A program made the translations under genes and the position numbers. A stretch of 64,000 nucleotides of DNA from Candidatus Acidiferrales bacterium (GTDB taxonomy: Bacteria > Acidobacteriota > Terriglobia > Acidiferrales > UBA7541), in assembly GCA_038238965.1 (NCBI GenBank), contig JBBSFG010000001.1, positions 7,554 through 71,553 of the forward strand. Direction: 5' to 3'. The notes below the pieces were generated by a model. The model was not told where the DNA came from. It did no database searches and saw nothing but the letters and a program-made list of their open reading frames with translations. This document shows, one piece after another, positions 36,617-45,366 of this stretch (the stretch's first letter is position 1; every line of letters begins with the position of its first letter).

Positions 36617-37909
36617 ATGATCGTCAGGCTATCGAGCGCCGCGAAACGCAGCGGGTTGGCTTTCATTGCGGTGACGGTGGGGATCTACCTCACGTACTTC
36701 AGCGTGCGCACAGCGCGTGCTACGTATTACACCGGATTAGAAACGCTGGACGGCTATGAGCGGGCCACCCAGATAGAACCCGAAAATGCCCGGAACTGGT
36801 ATCTGCTGGGTCGATATCTGCAATACAGCCTGGAAGACACAAATCCCGAGCGGGCCGCGAGTAGTTATTTGACGTCGCTGCGCCTAAATCCGCGAGCAAC
36901 AATTACGTGGCTCGATCTGGCCGCAACCTACGAAACCGTAGGGAACGACGGGGCGGCGCGGGCTGCATTTCTCAACGCCAAAAAAACCTATCCGGTGTCG
37001 GCGGAAGTGTCGTGGCGCTACGGCAACTTTCTGCTGCGCCAAGGTGAGCGGGATCCGGCGTTTTCCGAGCTACGACGCTCCGTAGAGACGGATCCCAATC
37101 GCGCCGCGGAGGCTTTGTCCCGTTGCCTGCGTATAGAACCGAACGTAGACCTGATTCTGGACCGCGTGATACCCGCAAAGCGAGATGCGTACCTGGCGGT
37201 GATGAACGATCTGACCGGCGATCGGCAGGTGGACAGTGCGTTGAAGGTCTGGAATCGGTTGATGGCGATGCACGCCGAAGTTCCGATGACGGGAGTATTC
37301 CCGCTGGTAACGGCGCTTAGGCAGGTTGGCCGAGCGCCGGAAGCCCACCAGTTGTGGTTGCAAGCGGCAGAACGTGAAGGCCTAGGAGACTTGTCGGGAC
37401 CAAAGGACTCCGTGATATGGGACGGCGGATTCGAATCGGCAATTTCGGCCCGGGAGTACGCGTGGCGGTATTTGAGCGGCGCGCACGGCGTGCAGATCAG
37501 CATTGACCGGCAAGAACACCATTCGGGAACTCAATCGCTGCGGGTGTCCTTCGACGGCAGTTCCGACATTGTTTTTCGCGATGTGTGCCAGACCGTTCCA
37601 GTGAAGGGAGGCACTCCCTACGAGCTTTCGGGATGGATGCAAACGAAGGGGCTGACGACGGACAAAGGAGTGCGAATAGAGGTGCGTTCGCTCGATTTTG
37701 GCGGCTCCGCGGCAAGCACCGCGGAAGTTCATGGGACGCAAACGTGGTCACGCGTCGCGGCGTCGTGGGCGGGCGTGCGAGAGAGTCAAGAAGTGGAGAT
37801 TTGCCTGCAACGAAACCCCAGCGAACAGGAAGACAACAAGATACAGGGAACGGTGTGGGTAGATGACGTCGCACTCACGCCAACGAGCAAGACCGGCGAT
37901 AAGCGATGA
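36617..37909 (+). CDS. membrane-anchored TPR-repeat protein with a C-terminal CBM4/9-like jelly-roll domain
   Basis: 430 aa with an N-terminal TM (LAFIAVTVGIYLTYF) and TPR-like repeats. The C-terminal 150 aa read ...WDGGFES...GTQSLRVSF...VCQTVPVKGGTPYELSGWMQTKGL...GTVWVDDVAL. The stop overlaps the next gene as ATGA. Confidence 0.65.
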   Translation: MIVRLSSAAKRSGLAFIAVTVGIYLTYFSVRTARATYYTGLETLDGYERATQIEPENARNWYLLGRYLQYSLEDTNPERAASSYLTSLRLNPRATITWLDLAATYETVGNDGAARAAFLNAKKTYPVSAEVSWRYGNFLLRQGERDPAFSELRRSVETDPNRAAEALSRCLRIEPNVDLILDRVIPAKRDAYLAVMNDLTGDRQVDSALKVWNRLMAMHAEVPMTGVFPLVTALRQVGRAPEAHQLWLQAAEREGLGDLSGPKDSVIWDGGFESAISAREYAWRYLSGAHGVQISIDRQEHHSGTQSLRVSFDGSSDIVFRDVCQTVPVKGGTPYELSGWMQTKGLTTDKGVRIEVRSLDFGGSAASTAEVHGTQTWSRVAASWAGVRESQEVEICLQRNPSEQEDNKIQGTVWVDDVALTPTSKTGDKR

Positions 37910-39174
37910 GGGTTCTGCGCATCGGAATTTGTATCTTGGTGGCCGTCGGCATACTTGCTCATGGAGGTGTCGAAGACTGGGCTCGGGCAGTCTTTGAGAC
38001 CGGCGCCGCGCTCCTTTTTTTGGGGTGGGCGATCCGAATTTATCTGGGAAAAGAAGAGGCGGCGGAGATCTCTCCTTTGCTGCCGCCCCTGGTTGGACTG
38101 TTGCTGGTTGTGCTCGGGCAGATGGTGTTTGGGCGCACTGCATCGATGTACAACACGCGCGAAGAGTTGGCGTTGCTGCTGGCAGATGTGCTGGTGGTGT
38201 TCGTGGCGGTACAGGCATTTCGGACGCTGGAAGACTGGAAAGGGTTCGTGTGGTTCGTGATGATCTTCGGATTCCTGGTGTCAGTCTTCGGAATCCTGCA
38301 GCACCTTACGTTTAACGGGAAACTGTACTGGTTCCGGACGATGCATTACGGAGGGATTCCTTTCGGGCCGTACGTTAACCGGAATCACTTTGCGGGATTT
38401 GCGGAACTGTTCATCCCTATGGCGTTGGTGCCGCTGATGTTGGGAAAAGTGCGAAGAGAACGCTGGTTCATCGTGGGATTGTTCGCGGTGGTGTCCATTG
38501 GGGGATTGTTTTTGGCGGCTTCGCGTGGAGGCATCATCAGTTTCGTAGTGGAAGTAACCATCGTCCTCTTGTGGATGAGCGTGCACCGCACCGGTACGAA
38601 GCAGGTGTTGGCGGGAGCTGCGGTTCTGGCGGCCGCGTTGTTGATGGTGTCTTGGCTGGGGGTAAAGGAGATTACTCAGCGATTTTCGGGGATGAAGGCC
38701 CTGGAGGTGGCCACCGGAAAGCGCGCATCGATGCGGCGGGGCACATGGCGAATTTTTATGGATCATCCCTGGATAGGAACCGGGTTGGGCACCCTGGAGG
38801 TTGTGTATCCACCGTACGAGACGGATTATGACGGGCGGGTTGTGAACCATGCCCACAACGATTATCTGGAAGCAATGGCAGAAACGGGCCTGATGGGCGG
38901 ACTGTGCTGCTCGTTGTTTCTGGGCATGCTAGCGTTTCATTCCTTGAGGAATTTATCGGAAAGCATAGCCTCTTTCGGTGCGGTCTTAAACCTGTCCGGG
39001 GTGGTAGCCTGTGCGGGATTCCTGACACACAGCGTGGTGGATTTCAATTTGCATTTGCCGACGAACGCCCTGCTATTTTTCTTGATGGCGACGTTGGCGA
39101 CTTCAAAAATCCGGCCGGGGAAAATGGGTCGGAGAGAAGCGTCGGAAGGGCTGCATCGAAAGCGAAAACACTGA
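37906..39174 (+). CDS. O-antigen ligase / Wzy_C-family polytopic membrane protein
   Basis: 422 aa with at least 10 hydrophobic helices. The signature loop is ...GRVVNHAHNDYLEAMAETGLMGG... Confidence 0.8.
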   Translation: MRVLRIGICILVAVGILAHGGVEDWARAVFETGAALLFLGWAIRIYLGKEEAAEISPLLPPLVGLLLVVLGQMVFGRTASMYNTREELALLLADVLVVFVAVQAFRTLEDWKGFVWFVMIFGFLVSVFGILQHLTFNGKLYWFRTMHYGGIPFGPYVNRNHFAGFAELFIPMALVPLMLGKVRRERWFIVGLFAVVSIGGLFLAASRGGIISFVVEVTIVLLWMSVHRTGTKQVLAGAAVLAAALLMVSWLGVKEITQRFSGMKALEVATGKRASMRRGTWRIFMDHPWIGTGLGTLEVVYPPYETDYDGRVVNHAHNDYLEAMAETGLMGGLCCSLFLGMLAFHSLRNLSESIASFGAVLNLSGVVACAGFLTHSVVDFNLHLPTNALLFFLMATLATSKIRPGKMGRREASEGLHRKRKH

Positions 39175-39221
39175 CTTTAGCTTGTCCGCAACCTGTATAC
39201 TAAGACGGGGGACATCTATCG

Positions 39222-40430
39222 ATGCAACCAGGAAAACTGGGTGCACGGCCGTGGTGTTATGTGGCGGCTTGTCTTACGGTCTTGATGGTCGCGGGAATGC
39301 CCGCGCGCGGCCAGACCGTGGTCGGAACTCCTCAAGAAACCAACGAGAAAATCAGGGAAATGTCGTTCGCGGCGCGACTGACCCCGCACGACTATATTAT
39401 TGGCAGTGGAGACACACTAACCGTCGATATCTTCGATGTGAAGGAATTAAGCCGGGACGTGCGGGTAAGCCAAACCGGCACGATAGGGTTGCCACTTCTG
39501 CCGGTGCGGCTGCATGTTAAGGGTCTAACAGAAACGCAGGCAGAACAAAAGATCGCTGAGGTGTTGCAAGCGAACGGGTTAGTAAGCCACCCGGAAGTTA
39601 GCGTGGCGGTAAAAGACAGGAAGAGCAAGCCCATCACGGTGGTAGGTGCAGTGTCCCACCCGCTGGTCTACCAGGCAGAACGTCCTACGACGTTGCTGGA
39701 GTTACTGGCCGAGGCCGGGGGAATCTCCAATGACGCCGGTGACACGGCCATAGTGACGCGGCCGCCAGCAGACCCAAACGATGCCTTTGAAGCGCCGTCC
39801 ATCAGCAATGATGATGTGATTCCGGCTCCGATGCAGAACGACACGACGCCAGCCGCAGGAAGCGTACCGTCCGACTCGGTAACCAGTCAGGCTCCGGTTA
39901 ATGCCGTGATACCTAACGTCAAACCAGATTCCAGTGCAACGGTGAAGGACCCGCCTGTCCCTAGCGAAGCACCGGCGCTTGCGAACACGATTACGGTAAA
40001 TTTGAACGAGTTGATGGAAAGCGGAGACGCCACAAACAACATTATTCTTCAGTCCGGGGACATCGTAACGGTACCGCACGCCGGAATTGTTTACGTACTC
40101 GGGGCGATTTTAAGGCCTGGAGGATATGTGTTGGCCAACGATCGCAGCCACATGACGACCTTAAAGATGCTGGCGCTGGCTGGCGGATTAAATCGAACGG
40201 CTAAAGCGGATCACGCGGTAATCATCCGTAGAGACCGGCAAGGACAGCAGCACGAACAAATGATCGATCTTAAGAAGATTGAGCAACGGAAGGCGGAGGA
40301 CGTACGGCTGGACGCCAGCGACATTCTATATGTGCCGGATAGTACGGCTAAGCAAATACTGCTCCGGGCAACGGAAGCCGCATTGACGCTCGCGTCGGGC
40401 GTAGCGTTATACCGGGTGGCATATCATTGA
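39222..40430 (+). CDS. wza: polysaccharide export outer-membrane protein (Wza/OPX family)
   Basis: It has a signal peptide, the Poly_export motif YIIGSGDTLTVDIFD...VSQTGTIGLPLL and an SLBB-like GDIVTVP. A roughly 75-aa Pro/Ser/Asp-rich linker lies between the domains. Confidence 0.85.
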   Translation: MQPGKLGARPWCYVAACLTVLMVAGMPARGQTVVGTPQETNEKIREMSFAARLTPHDYIIGSGDTLTVDIFDVKELSRDVRVSQTGTIGLPLLPVRLHVKGLTETQAEQKIAEVLQANGLVSHPEVSVAVKDRKSKPITVVGAVSHPLVYQAERPTTLLELLAEAGGISNDAGDTAIVTRPPADPNDAFEAPSISNDDVIPAPMQNDTTPAAGSVPSDSVTSQAPVNAVIPNVKPDSSATVKDPPVPSEAPALANTITVNLNELMESGDATNNIILQSGDIVTVPHAGIVYVLGAILRPGGYVLANDRSHMTTLKMLALAGGLNRTAKADHAVIIRRDRQGQQHEQMIDLKKIEQRKAEDVRLDASDILYVPDSTAKQILLRATEAALTLASGVALYRVAYH

Positions 40431-42772
40431 GCGTAATTGACAACAACAAACCGAGTGGGCATTCGAATGGCTCGAACGGGGCCGTGGAGCTAGTGCCGAT
40501 CGGCACGAATATGCCGGCTTGGGAGCTGTCTCCCCGCGAGCCGCATCTTTACGACTATTTACTAATATTGCGGAAGCACCAGTGGCTGATTCTATCGTTT
40601 ATGCTTTCGGTGGTGACGATTGTGGCTATCGCCACATTCCGGATGCAGCCAGTCTACGTGGCGACCGCGCGCATCGAGATCGACAGAGAAAATTCGAACA
40701 TCCTGCCGTTTCAGGGCACAGATGCTTATGACGTAATGATGGACAGCGATAACTACATTGAGACGCAAGCAAAAATTCTAACCAGCGAAACGCTGGCGCT
40801 GCAAACCATCCGCAACAACGGGCTGGCGTCTAGACCTGAGTATTCAGGATCCGATGGGATATCGGAAGCCATGGCTACAGGGAGCCTGGCAAATCAGAAG
40901 CGGCCACCGGAGCTTGCGGCGTTTTTGGGAAGTCTCAGCGTGAAGCGGGTGCCGAATAGCCGGTTGATGGACGTAAGTTTCGAATCGACGGATCCGCAAT
41001 TAGCGGCGCGAATCGTAAACGCCCATCTGGACGCGTATGTACAAAGAAATTTCCAAAGCCAGTTCGATTCGACGACGCGGGCCACCAAGTGGTTGCAGAC
41101 ACAACTGGGAGAACTGAAAACCAAAGTACAGAACTCGGAAGATGCGCGCATTGCCTACGAACGGCAAAACCAAATCTGGACGCTGGACGATAAACAGAGT
41201 ATTACCACGCAGCGTTTCGCCGACGCGAATCGCGAATTAACGCTGGCACAAAGCGAGCGAATGAAGAAACAATCGCTTTATGAATTCGCGAAGTCCGGAA
41301 ACCTCAGCGCCGTGCCGCAAATCCAATCCAGTCCCGCACTCGCGGACTTTCAGAGAAAACGAGCTGACTTCGTGGCGCAGTATAGGGAAGCGCTGGCGCA
41401 ATTTGGCCCCAATTTCCCGAGGGTGCAGCGATTGCAGGAGCAGATCAAGGATACGGACAACAACATCGAGAAGGAAAAACAAAATATTGTCGACGCGCTG
41501 GAAAGTGAGTACCGCGAAGCCGCCGGACGGGAAGCGCTGTTGGCCAAGGCACTGGAGCAGCAAAAGGCTGAAGTGAACGAAATGGCCAGCAAAATGGTCG
41601 AGTACAACATTCTGAAACGTGAAGCGGAGGCCAACAAGGTACTTTACGACGGATTGTTAACCAAACTGCGTGAAGCGGGAGTATCGGCGGGACTCAAGTC
41701 GTCGAATATTCGAATGGTGGACCCGGCGATGGTGCCGTCGACGCCGGCACGCCCGGCCAAGCTTCGCAACGTAGCGCTAGCGTTCCTGGTAGGACTGGTG
41801 GGCGGAATCGGGCTGGCGCTGATGCGCGAATATCTGGACAACACGGTGAAAACGCCGGATGACATCGAAACTCTGGCACGCCTGCCGTCTCTGGCGGTTG
41901 TGCCGCAATTTGCATCATCAGGCAAAAACGGAAACGGCAAGAAGCAAAAACTATTGGGATTGTCGTCCAACGGCCACGATAAGAGGATGGAACTGGTGGC
42001 CGAACATTTGCCGAAGTCGCAAATGTCGGAAGCCTTCCGTGCGTTGCGTACATCACTGTTGCTTTCGCGCGCCGACCGTCCGCCCCAAGTGATACTGGTT
42101 ACCAGCGCGCTGCCGCGAGAGGGGAAAACCACTGCGGCAACGAATCTGGCAGTGACGCTGGCGCAACTGGGCGACAAAACAGTCGTGGTGGATGCGGACC
42201 TGCGCAAGCCGGGAGTCGGTCGACTGCTCAACATGAGCGGGGGGAATTATGCGGGATTGAGTTCCTACCTCGCGGGAGTATCGAGCCTTGACCTGGTGAT
42301 CGTTCCGCATCCGACAATACCGAATCTGTCGGCCATCCCAACCGGTCCGTTGCCTCCGAATCCGGCTGACCTGCTGTCGTCGCACAAGCTGTCGGAGGCG
42401 ATTGCGGAGCTGCGCAAGAAATTCAAATTCGTGGTTATCGATTCGCCGCCGGTCATGGCGGCTACGGACGCCGTGATCTTGTCGGTGCAAACGGATGGCG
42501 TATTGCTGGTGGTGAGAAGCGGAGAGACACCGAAGGAGGCGTTCACGAGAACGCGCGACCTGCTGGTGACGGTAAAGTGCAACATACTGGGCGTGGTACT
42601 GAATGCCGTGGATGCCAGCGCGCCCGATTATTATTATTCTTACCGGTACTATCCCTATTCGTATGGATATGGTCCCCAGGAAACCGGAGAGCATCGAGAA
42701 GACGACGAAGATTCCGAAACGGTCAATGAAAGCATGTCCCGCGATCGAGACGAAGACTCCCAGGCCCTTTAG
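40427..42772 (+). CDS. wzc: polysaccharide co-polymerase with a C-terminal tyrosine autokinase (Wzc/GumC-type PCP-2a)
   Basis: 781 aa. It has a Wzz-type N-terminus with two TMs and long coiled coils. The kinase shows a P-loop (SALPREGKTTAATNLAVTLAQ), VVVDADLRKP and VIDSPP. The C-terminal Tyr cluster is YYYSYRYYPYSYGYG. Confidence 0.9.
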   Translation: MSVIDNNKPSGHSNGSNGAVELVPIGTNMPAWELSPREPHLYDYLLILRKHQWLILSFMLSVVTIVAIATFRMQPVYVATARIEIDRENSNILPFQGTDAYDVMMDSDNYIETQAKILTSETLALQTIRNNGLASRPEYSGSDGISEAMATGSLANQKRPPELAAFLGSLSVKRVPNSRLMDVSFESTDPQLAARIVNAHLDAYVQRNFQSQFDSTTRATKWLQTQLGELKTKVQNSEDARIAYERQNQIWTLDDKQSITTQRFADANRELTLAQSERMKKQSLYEFAKSGNLSAVPQIQSSPALADFQRKRADFVAQYREALAQFGPNFPRVQRLQEQIKDTDNNIEKEKQNIVDALESEYREAAGREALLAKALEQQKAEVNEMASKMVEYNILKREAEANKVLYDGLLTKLREAGVSAGLKSSNIRMVDPAMVPSTPARPAKLRNVALAFLVGLVGGIGLALMREYLDNTVKTPDDIETLARLPSLAVVPQFASSGKNGNGKKQKLLGLSSNGHDKRMELVAEHLPKSQMSEAFRALRTSLLLSRADRPPQVILVTSALPREGKTTAATNLAVTLAQLGDKTVVVDADLRKPGVGRLLNMSGGNYAGLSSYLAGVSSLDLVIVPHPTIPNLSAIPTGPLPPNPADLLSSHKLSEAIAELRKKFKFVVIDSPPVMAATDAVILSVQTDGVLLVVRSGETPKEAFTRTRDLLVTVKCNILGVVLNAVDASAPDYYYSYRYYPYSYGYGPQETGEHREDDEDSETVNESMSRDRDEDSQAL

Positions 42773-42780
42773 GAGGCCCT

Positions 42781-43815
42781 TTGCGATATTTGATAACCGG
42801 CGGTGCCGGGTTCATAGGTTCACATTTGGCCGAGCGACTAGTTGATCGCGGCGACCACGTTGTGCTACTGGATAATCTTTCTACCGGAAGCATGGAAAAC
42901 ATCCGGCATCTGAAGTCCTCACCGCGGATGGAATACCACCTCGACGGGATCGAAAACCGTCAGCTGATTGCGGAACTGGTGGATGACGCGGACGTGGTGG
43001 TGCATCTGGCGGCTGCAGTGGGAGTAAAGCTGATCGTGGAGAGCCCGGTTCGCACGATTGAGACGAACGTAAACGGGACGCAGATGATTCTTGAAGCCGC
43101 CTGTCGCAAGCGGAAACTTGTGCTGGCGGCATCCACTTCCGAAGTATACGGAAAAAACACCAATGTGCCGTTCCACGAAGACGCGGATCTGGTGCTGGGG
43201 CCGACCACCAAGGGGCGCTGGAGCTATGCGGCATCGAAGGCCCTGGACGAATTCCTGGCGCTGTCTTATTGGAAGGAAAAAAAGCTGCCGGTGATCGTGG
43301 TGCGGCTGTTCAATACGGTGGGCCCGCGGCAGACCGGGCGGTACGGGATGGTGTTGCCCAATTTTGTGAAAAGCGCGCTGGAGAATTCGCCCATCCAAAT
43401 TTTTGGGAACGGCAAACAGACGCGATGTTTCTGTGACGTGCGCGACACGGTTGAAGCGTTGACCCGGCTGATGGATACGGAGCGCGCCGTTGGCGAAGTT
43501 ACGAACGTGGGCAGCACGGAAGAAATTACGATTGAAAATCTTGCCCAACGCGTGAAAGAGCGGACCAAGAGCACGTCGGTCATCGAATATGTGCCATACG
43601 ATAAGGCGTACGAGCCGGGCTTCGAGGACATGATGCGGCGAGTGCCGTCAGTGGAAAAACTATACGCTCTGACTGGGTTCCGTCCAGCGACGCAGTTGAC
43701 GGAAATTATCGATCGGGTGACTTTATCGTTTCAGGCCAACCAGGCACGAGCTTCGGAATTCCAACCGCAAGCAAAGGCCAACGCCGCCCGGCAGGGCAGC
43801 GACCTTTTGTCGTAG
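42781..43815 (+). CDS. NAD-dependent nucleotide-sugar epimerase/dehydratase
   Basis: ITGGAGFIGSHLAERLVDRGDHVVLLDNLSTG and the catalytic YAASKALDE (YxxxK). 344 aa with a TTG start. Confidence 0.88.
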   Translation: MRYLITGGAGFIGSHLAERLVDRGDHVVLLDNLSTGSMENIRHLKSSPRMEYHLDGIENRQLIAELVDDADVVVHLAAAVGVKLIVESPVRTIETNVNGTQMILEAACRKRKLVLAASTSEVYGKNTNVPFHEDADLVLGPTTKGRWSYAASKALDEFLALSYWKEKKLPVIVVRLFNTVGPRQTGRYGMVLPNFVKSALENSPIQIFGNGKQTRCFCDVRDTVEALTRLMDTERAVGEVTNVGSTEEITIENLAQRVKERTKSTSVIEYVPYDKAYEPGFEDMMRRVPSVEKLYALTGFRPATQLTEIIDRVTLSFQANQARASEFQPQAKANAARQGSDLLS

Positions 43816-43851
43816 ACTGTTCTCCCGGTAAGCAACGAAAATAAATCCAGC

Positions 43852-45366
43852 ATGAAATCGACCACTACACTTTCGGTTCTGGTGCCGGTCTACAACGAAG
43901 AACATCTGGTCGCAGCGAGTTTGGAGCGCCTGACGTGTCTGGCGGATTCGCAATTGCTGGAGCGCGTTCAGATCATTGTGGTGGATGATGGCTCTTCGGA
44001 TCAGACGGGCGCAGTGATTTCGCGATTCAAGGAACTGATAGGGCAACGACCGCTGGAGAAATTGACCTGGCTGTTCATCCGGCACGAAAAAAACAAGGGC
44101 AAGGCCGCGGCGATCCATACGGCGTTATCCGCGGCGAGAGAAGAGCTGACGGTGATCCATGACGCCGACCTCGAATATCATCCCGCCGACCTGGTGAAGA
44201 TGGTGGCGGTGTTCCTGTCGGAACAGGCCGATGCAGTGTTCGGTTCGCGATTTTTGGCCAGCGAGTACCGGCGGGTGCTTTTTTTTCGACATGAAATCGG
44301 CAACCGGTTTCTGACCCTGCTGTGCAACCTGGTTTCAGATCTGAATCTAAGCGACATGGAAACCTGCTACAAAATGGTGCGCACCACGTTGCTGAAGAGT
44401 ATCCCGCTGACTGGACAAGGCTTCGAGCTGGAGCCGGAAATTACTATCAAACTCGCAAAACGGGGCGCCCGAATTTTCGAGGTCCCGATTCGGTACTCTG
44501 GAAGAACGTATCAGGAAGGAAAAAAAATCGGGTGGACAGATGGGGTGCGCGCCGTAACCGCGATATTGCGATTTTCGTGGTCGGATGAAATCTATGTGCA
44601 AGACAAATACGGCAGCCAGATACTGGGACGCCTGAATCGTGCTCCGCGATTCACGGCTTGGATGGCCGACACCATACGGCCGTATGTGAGGCAGAGGGTG
44701 TTGGAGATAGGCGCGGGGACAGGTAATCTTACCGCTCAGTTAATTCCTCGGATTTTATATTGGGCAACGGACATTAACCCGTTATACCTGATGTACCTGG
44801 AGAACGTAGGACGCAACCGTCCGTATATGAGGGTGGGCTTTACCGACGCTGAAAAGGGCGATTCGTACCCGCCAAATCAGAAATTCGACACGGTGATCTG
44901 CCTGAATGTGGTCGAGCATCTGGTGGACGACCGAGGCGCTTTGGGAAATATTCGAGCAGCGCTCGAAGATGGTGGGCGAGCGATTATTCTGGTCCCGTGT
45001 GGGCCGGGCCTGTACGGGACGCTGGACGAAGTTCTGGGCCACCAGCGCAGGTATACACGCAAAAGTTTGGCAGAGCTGATTTCGAATGCCGAGCTGACAC
45101 TAGAGAGTATGCTGGAATTTAACAGGGTGGGAGTGATCGTTTGGTGGTTGAACGGCAAGATACTGCGGCGGCGAACGTTTGGCTTGGGCCAAATCGTGGC
45201 GCTCAACCTTTTTACCCCGGTTTTCCGGCTGATCGACAACCTACTGCCATGGGCGGCGCTTTCGCTTATCGCCGTGGCGAGGAAATCGCCAGAGTCGGAC
45301 TTGCGTAGAGATTCGGGGCGCGACCCGACGAATGCGAGCCATGAACAGCGCCATCCAATAACATGA
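43852..45366 (+). CDS. fusion protein: GT2 polyprenyl-phosphate glycosyltransferase-like domain (Dpm1/GtrB/ArnC type) + class I SAM methyltransferase domain
   Basis: The GT2 domain shows LSVLVPVYNEE, IIVVDDGSSDQT, HDADLEYHP, SDMETCYK and FEVPIRYSGRTYQEGKKI. The methyltransferase domain shows VLEIGAGTGNLTAQL ... DTVICLNVVEHLVDD ... GGRAIILVP. Confidence 0.85.
   Translation: MKSTTTLSVLVPVYNEEHLVAASLERLTCLADSQLLERVQIIVVDDGSSDQTGAVISRFKELIGQRPLEKLTWLFIRHEKNKGKAAAIHTALSAAREELTVIHDADLEYHPADLVKMVAVFLSEQADAVFGSRFLASEYRRVLFFRHEIGNRFLTLLCNLVSDLNLSDMETCYKMVRTTLLKSIPLTGQGFELEPEITIKLAKRGARIFEVPIRYSGRTYQEGKKIGWTDGVRAVTAILRFSWSDEIYVQDKYGSQILGRLNRAPRFTAWMADTIRPYVRQRVLEIGAGTGNLTAQLIPRILYWATDINPLYLMYLENVGRNRPYMRVGFTDAEKGDSYPPNQKFDTVICLNVVEHLVDDRGALGNIRAALEDGGRAIILVPCGPGLYGTLDEVLGHQRRYTRKSLAELISNAELTLESMLEFNRVGVIVWWLNGKILRRRTFGLGQIVALNLFTPVFRLIDNLLPWAALSLIAVARKSPESDLRRDSGRDPTNASHEQRHPIT

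Noticed and set aside
32173-37909. The HK / sigma54 regulator / TPR-protein trio as a PrsK-PrsR-PrsT PEP-CTERM/exosortase system.
   Set aside because: I could find no exosortase (EpsH-like) gene and no protein ending in a PEP-CTERM sorting signal in the window. The polytopic protein after the TPR gene has the Wzy_C/O-antigen-ligase motif (HAHNDYLE) instead. The resemblance is therefore in gene order only.
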